NCBI GenBank assembly: GCA_021740175.1
Contig: JAIPAH010000002.1
Coordinates: 1 to 58,272, forward strand
Length of the DNA: 58,272 nucleotides
From: Bacteroidales bacterium
Lineage (GTDB): Bacteria; Bacteroidota; Bacteroidia; Bacteroidales; JAIPAH01
Direction: 5' to 3'
A model generated the notes under the pieces. The model saw only the letters and a program-made list of their open reading frames with translations, ran no database searches and had not been told where the DNA came from. Below are positions 29,353 to 37,853 of this stretch, piece after piece (positions within the stretch are counted from its first letter, which is position 1; each line of letters begins with the position of its first letter). Made by a program: the position numbers and the translations under genes.

Positions 29353-29904
29353 TTACCAGTTGTCTTTTTCTTTCCTAACTTTAAGCATATTTGTAAGTGT
29401 ATAATCTAAAATTTTTGCAGGGTGTTTAAAATTCATATCTGCATAATCCCTTAATGGATTTTTCTCCCCTTTTTCAGTCAAGGGGTCATCATAAGCCTGA
29501 GAAAACACAAAATTCTTTACTGTTGTCCTGTATTTCCCTTCTTTATAATCAACAATTAAATATCCTGTAAAATGGCTTCTTGCAATATATATTGGTGCTC
29601 TCATTTCTGAATATCCAGCACCTTTATAATCAGGATCAAATGGTTTTAAATCGGCCATAAATTCCTTTTCACTTGGATTTATTTCTACTGTCTCATTTTC
29701 TAAGTAACCTGTTGATTTAAAATTTCTAACAAGTTCATCAAAAGTCAGGTCAGTGTTAAAAACTTTTTGCCATAGAATAACATTACCTTTTTTCTCAAAA
29801 TTGTAACGTTCTTCTTCTGACAAATTGGTTATGCCACTGGAAAATCCACAGCCATTTAATAATGAAGCTGATAGTAATAATAAGATAAAAATGTATTTTT
29901 TCAT
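29353..29904 (-). CDS. Lipoprotein (element cargo)
   Basis: MKKYIFILLLLSASLLNGC lipobox. Confidence 0.55.
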   Translation of the reverse strand: MKKYIFILLLLSASLLNGCGFSSGITNLSEEERYNFEKKGNVILWQKVFNTDLTFDELVRNFKSTGYLENETVEINPSEKEFMADLKPFDPDYKGAGYSEMRAPIYIARSHFTGYLIVDYKEGKYRTTVKNFVFSQAYDDPLTEKGEKNPLRDYADMNFKHPAKILDYTLTNMLKVRKEKDNW

Positions 29905-30053
29905 AGCTTATAAATTTAGTTTAACTAAATTATCAAAAAAATTAAACAATTAATAAATTGTGACTAAGTTAATAGTGATTTGAGCAAAAGTCCAGTTTAT
30001 CTACTAAACAAAATTGCCTTTTTATAAATTAGCTTTCATGTTTTATGTCATAT

Positions 30054-30812
30054 CTAAAAAGAAGCAGCTATATTAAAAGTAGTTTTAGTTTGTATATACT
30101 GAACAATCCATTTAGGAGTGAAAAGCTGCGTAACCGGGGCAATTTCATTCGGATTGTATCTTTTCTTTGCATTAATTAACCTGTCTTTTTCTTCTGAAAT
30201 ATAAAATTGATATAACCAACCAATGATTTCCACATTCTTACAGTCTTTTATATTCATTCCATTCCTTATATCTGTAACAATAGAAAAATCACTACTCAGG
30301 TCATCGGGTAATAGCAATTCTGAATAATCATTAATATGCTCAAATAAAAAAGGGAATATTTTATGTAAATGATTACACGCCCCAATTAGTAATATTTTGT
30401 AAGCCTCATTTTGTGGATTAGAACTGGGAACATTTCCATCCAATATATCCATTATTTTGGCTTTATCAACGGGTAGCTCCTCTGGAATATCGCCTTGCTT
30501 TGCATGGTCAAGGATCTCTGGAATGGTAAATCCATCTTTAGGAGTTACAATTCTAATCTTTAAAGGCTGAAAATCATTAGCATCCAAGAATCTTAGAGCG
30601 ATCAAGCGGTTAAACCAAGTGTAAGCCACCTTCTCAATGAGTTGTTCCTGACTTATCTGATCTAATGTCTCTTTTAATTGTTTTACCCGCCCTTCCTTCT
30701 CTCTTAATTCCGAACTATCACTTGAAAGAATAAAATTAAGATTGGCTTCAATTTGTTCCAAAAGTTTTCTTCTGGCTGACTGAGCAAATTGCTTTAATCG
30801 GTTAGTGTCCAT
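30054..30812 (-). pseudogene. pglX: pglX 5' fragment (239 native codons plus 13 element-derived codons and stop)
   Basis: MDTNRLKQFAQSARRKLLEQ... is a PglX-type N-terminus. The native sequence ends ..FTPKWIVQY at 30096, then IQTKTTFNIAASF* is read from element DNA. Confidence 0.85.
30096..30103. repeat. Junction core ATACTGAA (distal att site)
   Basis: On the coding strand ..TGGATTGTTCAGTAT|ATACAAACTAAA... The octamer is identical to the one at 19863-19870. Confidence 0.7.
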
Positions 30813-30813
30813 A

Positions 30814-33800
30814 CTACAAGGTAATGCGTTTATTGTTCTTTATTTGTTCTAATAACCTCTTTTTTAGCTCCTCTATATATTCATTTACATCTTGCTCATT
30901 CTGTAATTCATTTTTGCCAATATCTACTTTTATAGCCTCTTTTCTTACATAATGAACTGGTGGCCTATCATAGTCTTCATCAGCTTTTCCTTCTTCTTTT
31001 TCAATATTCCTCACCATGAAATTAAGTTGACGTTCCAATAACTCATTTTGCACATAGCTTTTAGTTTGTCTAATATTTGCAATAAATCTTGATGCCTTTA
31101 GCTTCTCAATTTCTTCTTCAAAAGGTTTTATGGCGGCCTCCCTATGATATTCTGATAATTGACTAAACTCGTTTTTTTCTTTTAAAATTTTGATAACCTT
31201 TTCTACTTCTTTTATGGCTTGATTTCTTTCTTGGTCTATCATCTCCAACATTTTTTTTGTCAGAGTGTCTTTGGCCGCTTTGGCATTTTGAATCAAATTT
31301 CCTTTGTAGGGCTGTGGATGGTTATAGACTTTCCGCAAAGTGTCTAATTCTTCAGATTGGATATAATCAAGGTTAGACTGGTCATTCGTAAAGAATTTTT
31401 TAATGGAGTCATAAATATTTTTTTGTTCGCTATACCAAAACTTTTTGATGGGATCTAATAGATCATCTTTTTTATCCAACAGATCATCTTCAAATTCATT
31501 CAGGTGATTTAAGAAATAGGAGTATTCCTTTTTAGATAATCGCTCCAAGAATTCAGAATAAGGTTCAAGCTCTTTTAAAAATTCATAATCAGCCTTGTTA
31601 CTAAGAATCTTTTTTACTTCATCAAGTTCTTCTTGAAGCTTCTCTTTGAAAGCTATTCCTACATCTTTAGCTTCTTTATATGGGCAAGGTTCATCGAATA
31701 TTTCATTATAAAAATTAATTAGGTCTTTTGGATCAATGTCAAGTTGAGGTTCCAAAATCGTGTTGTTGTGGTTTCGATTATTGAGTAAAGCTTCAATAGC
31801 ATCTTCATCTTCCAGTAAAGTGCCTTCTTGCCTCATCTCAATTTTACCACGTTTATAAAGCTTGGCGGTGATACTCCAAATAGCATTAGGATACCAACCA
31901 TATGGTTTCTTAACGAAAGAATCACGAACATCTGCTAATGTTGTTCTATCCGATTGCATTTTCCTTCTGTGAATTAAATTCAGGATTTCACTTTCCGCTT
32001 CTGACATACTGGAATCATCAGTTCCGAATAGATTATAATCGTCACTCCTGATGATTTTCTTGACCGAATCCTCATTAAACTCTTGTTTCCCTATCATTTT
32101 GAGATTCGGGTAGGCAAGCGTTACAAGTTTTTGAAACTCATTTATAACTCTGGTTTTTCCATCTGTGGCAGGACGAGTTTCTTGTTTCTGTCCATTCAGG
32201 TATACATCTGACTGGGCAACTAATTTCTTTAACAGCAGGCCTATATCCCTTCTTCTTTCGGTATTCTGCTGTTGTTTCTCAAATAATATTCTTTTGATAT
32301 TATCATTGTTTGTTGTGGATTGGCTTTGTTTTACGTATTTATCTGTCTTTAAATACATTCTAATATCTTGAAGAAGGCGGTTATCCTGTGGAATGACCAT
32401 CATCATCATAGTATTGTACCCCATTGTCTGGGACTTGAAAAAATCTTTATTATTGTGTCCTTCAAAATTTGGCGTGATAAACTCAATCGTCAACTCTTTC
32501 TCACGACCGAAGAAGGCCCCATCTACTTTTCTCGTATATTCATATTCGTGCTTGTTTTCTAAATACTTAATCTTAGTATCCCCAATAATATGATCAAAAA
32601 TAATCTCGTTGAAAAGTTGGGAAACTTGCTGTTCATCGATTGAAGTGTTCTTAATCTCTTGCTCAATATCTTTCTCATCGTCGGTAAGGTATTCATAAAG
32701 CTCTCCGTTTCTTTGAATATAAGTCTGATTTTCAAGTAGCGCTAATGCCTCTTTAACCTTCTTATCATGCTCATTAATATCTATTTGAGTATGGTCAATC
32801 ATTAAAGTAGAAATATTTCTTTCAGTTGTTTTAAAATTGTCAAAATATTTGACCATAAAAAGGGCCTTTAATACTTGAATGGCAAAGTCATTATCTAAAT
32901 TATTCTCAGCTAAATTGATGGCATTTTGAATTTCACCTCGAATAGTCGCCCTTATTCCCTCGAATAATAAATCAAAACTTACCAGTGTGTTTTCATCATG
33001 ATCTTCAATTCTTTGAACCACATTCTGAAAAACTCCCAACATCGACCTTTCTCCAACTGATTGATGATGCCCTTGGAAAGCATTATGGTTGGACAATGCT
33101 TTTATACACTGCTGGAAAAGATCAAATTGGTAAGGGACAAATGGGTATTTATTGATAAAATCATTTTCATCTTGAAATTTTCTGAACTGCACACCTACAT
33201 CACTAAATGACAAGAGCGTATCCAATGAAGCTTTTTCTTTCTCCCATATGCTTGCCAAAACAGATTTTTTATCCTTTTTTTTTCTTAAAAGTCTTTTTTC
33301 AATAACCTCATCGACATTAGCTGATGTGAGGGGAATTTTTAATTTAAATCTGGCTTGAATCCTTGAAAAATCATTTCTCTGAGACCTATTCATATCTCCC
33401 ACGACCTTTTCCATGTCTTCTTGCGAAGTAACGAAAATCCATGAGTGGCCTTTTGTTTTGGTGGCTAATGTCTCGGCTATAGTTTGTAGATTCAGCATTA
33501 GCTTGGTGTTATTGGAAATATACTGTCCAACCTCATCCACATAGAAATTCAACCGAAAATCCTTCGATTTGGTCTTGATATACTCACTTACTTTATCACA
33601 GAAATCTTCAACCGAAGCATTAATATCTTTTCGTATTGTCTCGATTATATCTCTGTACTTCTCTGGCTTGTCATTCCAAATAGCTCCCAGAACCTCTCCA
33701 ATAGCATCTTTTACTCGTGGGGCGAAATATTGACGTCTATCGTGTGTCCAAAATTTCCCTGTGTGCTTTTCATATTTTTCTTGGAACTCTTTAAAGACGC

Positions 33801-34311
33801 CTTCATTATCCAACCATCTTTCAAATTCTGCCACATGACGTTGTGAGCCAAAATACCCAAGATGGTCATTTAACACTTTGTAAAAGACATTAAGTATGGC
33901 TTCCTCATCGTTTCGGCTTGTTATTTGAGCTTGCTGGTCAATATTAAACAAAATCGACTCGGAGGGAATGCGGGTTGCTTTTAGGATGTCCCCTTTTAGC
34001 ATTTCATCGTCTTCAATCTTTTCAGCAAAGATTTCTCCCAGTTTCTTGTCCTCGTATTCACGGTTTTCTAAAACATAGGAAAGGATTTTTAAAAGATGGG
34101 ATTTACCTGAACCAAAGAAACCACTGATCCATACTCCATTGGCTCCTTGGAAATTATTGTAAGCGGTAAAAAACTCAGATACTTTTTTGGATATTTCTTT
34201 AGTTACCACAAATTCAGAAACCTCATCATGGATGTTTTCTTGATCATCCGCTTTGATGACAGTTTCAATGTAACGGTTAATGTCTTCGGAGAATAAATTT
34301 TTGATTTCCAT
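30814..34311 (-). CDS. brxC: BREX P-loop ATPase BrxC
   Basis: 1165 aa. Walker A GFFGSGKSHLLK. Size and position between brxB and pglX fit BrxC. Confidence 0.9.
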   Translation of the reverse strand: MEIKNLFSEDINRYIETVIKADDQENIHDEVSEFVVTKEISKKVSEFFTAYNNFQGANGVWISGFFGSGKSHLLKILSYVLENREYEDKKLGEIFAEKIEDDEMLKGDILKATRIPSESILFNIDQQAQITSRNDEEAILNVFYKVLNDHLGYFGSQRHVAEFERWLDNEGVFKEFQEKYEKHTGKFWTHDRRQYFAPRVKDAIGEVLGAIWNDKPEKYRDIIETIRKDINASVEDFCDKVSEYIKTKSKDFRLNFYVDEVGQYISNNTKLMLNLQTIAETLATKTKGHSWIFVTSQEDMEKVVGDMNRSQRNDFSRIQARFKLKIPLTSANVDEVIEKRLLRKKKDKKSVLASIWEKEKASLDTLLSFSDVGVQFRKFQDENDFINKYPFVPYQFDLFQQCIKALSNHNAFQGHHQSVGERSMLGVFQNVVQRIEDHDENTLVSFDLLFEGIRATIRGEIQNAINLAENNLDNDFAIQVLKALFMVKYFDNFKTTERNISTLMIDHTQIDINEHDKKVKEALALLENQTYIQRNGELYEYLTDDEKDIEQEIKNTSIDEQQVSQLFNEIIFDHIIGDTKIKYLENKHEYEYTRKVDGAFFGREKELTIEFITPNFEGHNNKDFFKSQTMGYNTMMMMVIPQDNRLLQDIRMYLKTDKYVKQSQSTTNNDNIKRILFEKQQQNTERRRDIGLLLKKLVAQSDVYLNGQKQETRPATDGKTRVINEFQKLVTLAYPNLKMIGKQEFNEDSVKKIIRSDDYNLFGTDDSSMSEAESEILNLIHRRKMQSDRTTLADVRDSFVKKPYGWYPNAIWSITAKLYKRGKIEMRQEGTLLEDEDAIEALLNNRNHNNTILEPQLDIDPKDLINFYNEIFDEPCPYKEAKDVGIAFKEKLQEELDEVKKILSNKADYEFLKELEPYSEFLERLSKKEYSYFLNHLNEFEDDLLDKKDDLLDPIKKFWYSEQKNIYDSIKKFFTNDQSNLDYIQSEELDTLRKVYNHPQPYKGNLIQNAKAAKDTLTKKMLEMIDQERNQAIKEVEKVIKILKEKNEFSQLSEYHREAAIKPFEEEIEKLKASRFIANIRQTKSYVQNELLERQLNFMVRNIEKEEGKADEDYDRPPVHYVRKEAIKVDIGKNELQNEQDVNEYIEELKKRLLEQIKNNKRITL

Positions 34312-34895
34312 TATTTACGAACTTTGTATTGATCAATATTGAATGCTCTGTAGTAGTTTTCATCTTTCAGTAACCCGAATAATTCCAAGGATTGCCCATT
34401 GTAGTCACCCGGAAAAAAGGCTACTGTTGGGGCGTCTTTAGCGATGTTCTGTAAATTGTTTAAAACGTTATGAGACCTAATAAATGGAAAAACCATTCCA
34501 ATACCAGTGAGAAAATAGACTTTAGCATTACTGGATTCAATGATTTTCTTTAATTCTGGAATTAAAACTTCATTAAGATCTAATGTCGATTGAAGGGCTT
34601 GCTTGAATTCCTCTTTGTCCATTTGTTTTTCCAATTCAAATATTTCCTCATCTTCGAACTCCCTGTTGATTATGCTCATTGAAATATCATATAGATTTAA
34701 CTCTAAAACCTTGATTCCAATGTTTTCTAATTTGTTTTTTAATCCTTTCACAGCTTTATTAACTTCAAGTTGTTGATTGGGATTAAAGGTTGAGATAAAA
34801 AAAGGGATCTCCCCACCCAAAGATTCCATTTTCAAGAATTCTTCTGATGAAATTACATTGAAAAGGTGGTTAAATTTTTTAGCTATATCTTCCAT
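34311..34895 (-). CDS. brxB: BREX protein BrxB (DUF1788-like)
   Basis: 194 aa. 1-nt stop/start overlap with brxC. Assigned by size and synteny in the type 1 BREX order. Confidence 0.75.
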   Translation of the reverse strand: MEDIAKKFNHLFNVISSEEFLKMESLGGEIPFFISTFNPNQQLEVNKAVKGLKNKLENIGIKVLELNLYDISMSIINREFEDEEIFELEKQMDKEEFKQALQSTLDLNEVLIPELKKIIESSNAKVYFLTGIGMVFPFIRSHNVLNNLQNIAKDAPTVAFFPGDYNGQSLELFGLLKDENYYRAFNIDQYKVRK

Positions 34896-35520
34896 ATTCA
34901 GTTATTGCGCTTTTTATATCCAAATCAGGTAAAGAAAAAATCTTTAAAAACTCTGGATCGTCATTTACTATGGCATTTAATAGAGCCTTTTCCAAAAGTT
35001 GAGGTTGAATAATTCTTTGTTGTGAATCATTTATTATACCAACTTGAGATAAAATAAGAAACATTACTTGCTTTGCTTTTTTTAATGTAGATTCACTAAA
35101 ATCCTCTAATTCTGGATGCAGTTCAGTTTTTCTGTTAAAAAAAGCATTGTAATCTCCATCAAATATTTGATAATCAAAACTCAGAAGCTTTTCTCTTATA
35201 ACCTCAACCGTAAAATCCCTTATAAATAAATAGTGTTTGCAGATGGCAAGAAATCCAATTTGCTTTTGAGTTATAAAATCTCCGCTCACCAACAATTCTA
35301 TTTGTCCCCGAGTAAGAAGCTCAAGTCGTTTTCTTATTTCTCTGAACTCTCTGATAGAGGTTCTATGAGTTGACGAACTAAACACTAAGCCTTGATCCCT
35401 TATTGATTGGAAATCCTGTATATTATTGTCCAATGCGAATTGAGCCACTTTAATCGTTTCATTGAGTTTCAAAGAGGCCGCATTAAACGAAAGCTTATAT
35501 TTTACTTGATTTTTCTTCAT
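34879..35520 (-). CDS. brxA: BREX protein BrxA (DUF1819-like)
   Basis: 213 aa, first structural gene of the operon. Assigned by size and synteny. Confidence 0.75.
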   Translation of the reverse strand: MKKNQVKYKLSFNAASLKLNETIKVAQFALDNNIQDFQSIRDQGLVFSSSTHRTSIREFREIRKRLELLTRGQIELLVSGDFITQKQIGFLAICKHYLFIRDFTVEVIREKLLSFDYQIFDGDYNAFFNRKTELHPELEDFSESTLKKAKQVMFLILSQVGIINDSQQRIIQPQLLEKALLNAIVNDDPEFLKIFSLPDLDIKSAITEYGRYS

Positions 35521-35699
35521 TCGTTAATTAACGTTTCCAATGGAATTTGAAAAACTTCACTAATTTTTATTAAATGTTCTTTTTTAGGCACACTCTTTCC
35601 AGACACCCAATTACTGTGGGTTACCTCTGACACCCCAATTCTATCAGCTAACCACTTTTGCTTTATGCCTTTGGATTTTAGCAACTCTTTTAGAAGCAT
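35517..35699 (-). CDS. Small XRE-family HTH protein, translationally coupled to brxA
   Basis: LLKSKGIKQKWLADRIGVSEVTHSNWVSGKSVP is a Cro/C1 HTH. ATGA overlap with the brxA start. Confidence 0.75.
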   Translation of the reverse strand: MLLKELLKSKGIKQKWLADRIGVSEVTHSNWVSGKSVPKKEHLIKISEVFQIPLETLINE

Positions 35700-36134
35700 T
35701 GTTTAAAGAAAAATTAAAGTATAGCTGTAAATTTAGATAAATTTCGGTGGTCTATTTAAAAATGAAGGAATAAATTATACATTTCCGTATAAGTGCCAAT
35801 GATATTTCTATCGCTCAGTTAATGATGCTTTATGGCCATTTTATGACTTAGTTAATGATGAAGTTGCTTTATTAGTATATACTCATAACTTTCATTATTG
35901 GTATGAAACTAATCCTCTTGTAGAAATTCAGAACTCCTGACCTGTTTATTGATAATCAAGCATTTGAGCTTAGCACATCGTAAAACAACATGTCGGGTTG
36001 TTGTCGTAAATAGATTTTTGGTTAAGTAGTTAAAACAGATTATCAGTTCTCTATGAGATTCAATAATGATTTTTTAATTAAGGTTCATCCGTATATTGCG
36101 CAGGAACTTTTATGTAAAACAAAACTTCTTATTA

Positions 36135-36878
36135 CTATCGAATAAAACCTATTAGGTTATAGAAATTCCTATTATTAAATATTTCTCCCCATCGTGACCA
36201 AGCTTCTTTCACATTATCTTTAGGAGGCGGTAAAAAATATATTTTTCTTTCAAAAGTGTCAGGTTGTTTATGCGAAACCCCATTTGTAAAATATTTGTCT
36301 AACGTATCAATAAAATTAGCACTGGTAAAAGACAGATTAACTTTACCTTCTGGTGTTAAATTGTAGGTATTTTCTCCATCTTCTTTTCTACTCGGTTTAT
36401 AAATGAAAATTTTTTGATCACAATTTTCTTCTTTTGCCCAGTTCACTCCAAGTTTTTTTAATTCTTCGGTATTGTCATATACCAAAAATTGTGCTGCTCG
36501 ACTATTGAAAACAATATACGCTTGTTTTGTACTGACTTCACCTGTTTCAGGATTTTTATATTCACCCCAAACAGGAACATAAGCATATAAAAAATATTTA
36601 ATATCCTTCCTTAGTTGTTCGTTTCTCTTATAATTTTGTTCTAAAGTATAGTCATCTTTAAAAGCAGTTATTATTATATAACCTGCATCATTTTCCTCTT
36701 TTAATAATTCATTTTTTGTTTTTTCCTTTAATGAATCCAAATCAACCTCAACAAGTTCTGAACGATGTCTATCTTTATATATCAGCTTATCTATTTCTTC
36801 TTTATTCCTTTCATTGGCTACTTTCATTTTTACCTCCTTCATTCTTTTAAAAATAATACTTTTAAATCTGTTGACCAT
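36135..36878 (-). CDS. Hypothetical protein
   Basis: 247-aa ORF between the BREX operon and tRNA-Pro. No family recognised. Confidence 0.45.
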   Translation of the reverse strand: MVNRFKSIIFKRMKEVKMKVANERNKEEIDKLIYKDRHRSELVEVDLDSLKEKTKNELLKEENDAGYIIITAFKDDYTLEQNYKRNEQLRKDIKYFLYAYVPVWGEYKNPETGEVSTKQAYIVFNSRAAQFLVYDNTEELKKLGVNWAKEENCDQKIFIYKPSRKEDGENTYNLTPEGKVNLSFTSANFIDTLDKYFTNGVSHKQPDTFERKIYFLPPPKDNVKEAWSRWGEIFNNRNFYNLIGFIR

Positions 36879-37401
36879 ATTTTTATGCTTTAAAATACAA
36901 GAAAAAGAAGAGATTAAAGGGTGATAAGCAATTACAGTTGTTTGGTGATTTCCAATTATGTTATCTTACCAGTTAGGGATAATGTTTAGCTTAATCTTAC
37001 AAAATAGCATTAATATTATTCTTTTTTCTCAAATTAAATCGGTAGAAAATTATCAATAAACAGCCTTATTTAAGACTATGAATTTTAAATAAATGTGCTG
37101 GTTACTCTATTAAATTCTTCAATATCCTGCTTGATTTTAGGGTTTGACGTAATAAAAAAGTTGAAAAATTTAATGCAACTTAATAGTGTATTATGGGGGG
37201 ATGATAATTTGTTTTTGGTACTTAAAAATAAATGAAAAATTTGGCTGGGTTGGTTTTAAAAAATTATTAAATTTAATATTGCTGGAGAAATTGATATTTA
37301 ATGCTTTATAGGGAAGATAAATCGGGTTTTTGTGTATACAATTGTGTATACAAAAAAAGGCAGCATGAAAAATTATTTTCATAACTGCCTTATTATCAGT
37401 G

Positions 37402-37476
37402 TCGGAGTGGGGAGATTTGAACTCCCGACCTCTTGACCCCCAGTCAAGCGCGCTGACCATACTGCGCTACACCCCG
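37402..37476 (-). tRNA. tRNA-Pro (anticodon GGG)
   Basis: Manual cloverleaf, 75 nt: CGGGGTG TA GCGC AGTATGGTCA GCGC G CTTGA CTGGGGG TCAAG AGGTC GGGAG TTCAAAT CTCCC CACTCCG A. The 7-bp acceptor stem has one G-U. G37 present. CCA is not encoded. Confidence 0.85.
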
Positions 37477-37602
37477 AAATGTTTATGGTGTCTCTTGACT
37501 CCCAGTCAAGCGTCCCGCTAACAGCGGGACTACACCCCGAAATGTTTATGGTGTCTCTTGACTCCCAGTCAAGCGTCCCGCTAACAGCGGGGCTACACCC
37601 CG
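37477..37602 (-). repeat. Two tandem 63-bp units copying the 5' half of tRNA-Pro (plus degenerate copies to about 37727)
   Basis: The unit is AAATGTTTATGGTG plus a 49-mer (37491-37539 and 37554-37602). The 49-mer keeps the acceptor 5' strand and the anticodon stem-loop, has a replaced D-arm hairpin (CCCGCTAACAGCGGG) and has no T-arm. Confidence 0.75.
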
Positions 37603-37853
37603 ATTTTTTTTGAATGCTGCCTGACGGGGTTTGCTGCCCCGGTCAAGCGCCCCGCCCCAAAGCGGGACTACACTAATTGTTGAGTATTTTTAATCAAGCA
37701 CCCCGCCAAAAAGTGGGATTGTATCCGATTAAGCATGCAAAACTAATAATTTTTGTTTGAATAACCACGTCTTTAAATGAAATTATTAAAAGCCTTTTTA
37801 AGACAGACCTAACCTTTGAAAGCCTTAACTCACTTAACTTCTTGGATACTGAG

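Larger units (their letters stand above)
19863..30103 (-). mobile_element. 10.2-kb integrated element (phage-satellite-like or integrative element) inserted in pglX
   Basis: Bounded by identical ATACTGAA octamers. It interrupts an otherwise continuous pglX reading frame. All element genes are on the minus strand. It carries two recombinases, Rep with iterons and an XRE regulator. Confidence 0.8.

Noticed and set aside
19863-30103. A complete prophage
   Set aside because: It is only about 10 kb, and no recognisable capsid, portal, large terminase, tail or lysis genes are present. A satellite or integrative replicon is the better fit.
37191-37460. 89-aa minus-strand ORF
   Set aside because: It starts inside the tRNA-Pro gene and runs through AT-rich intergenic DNA. 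The tRNA explains the conserved part.
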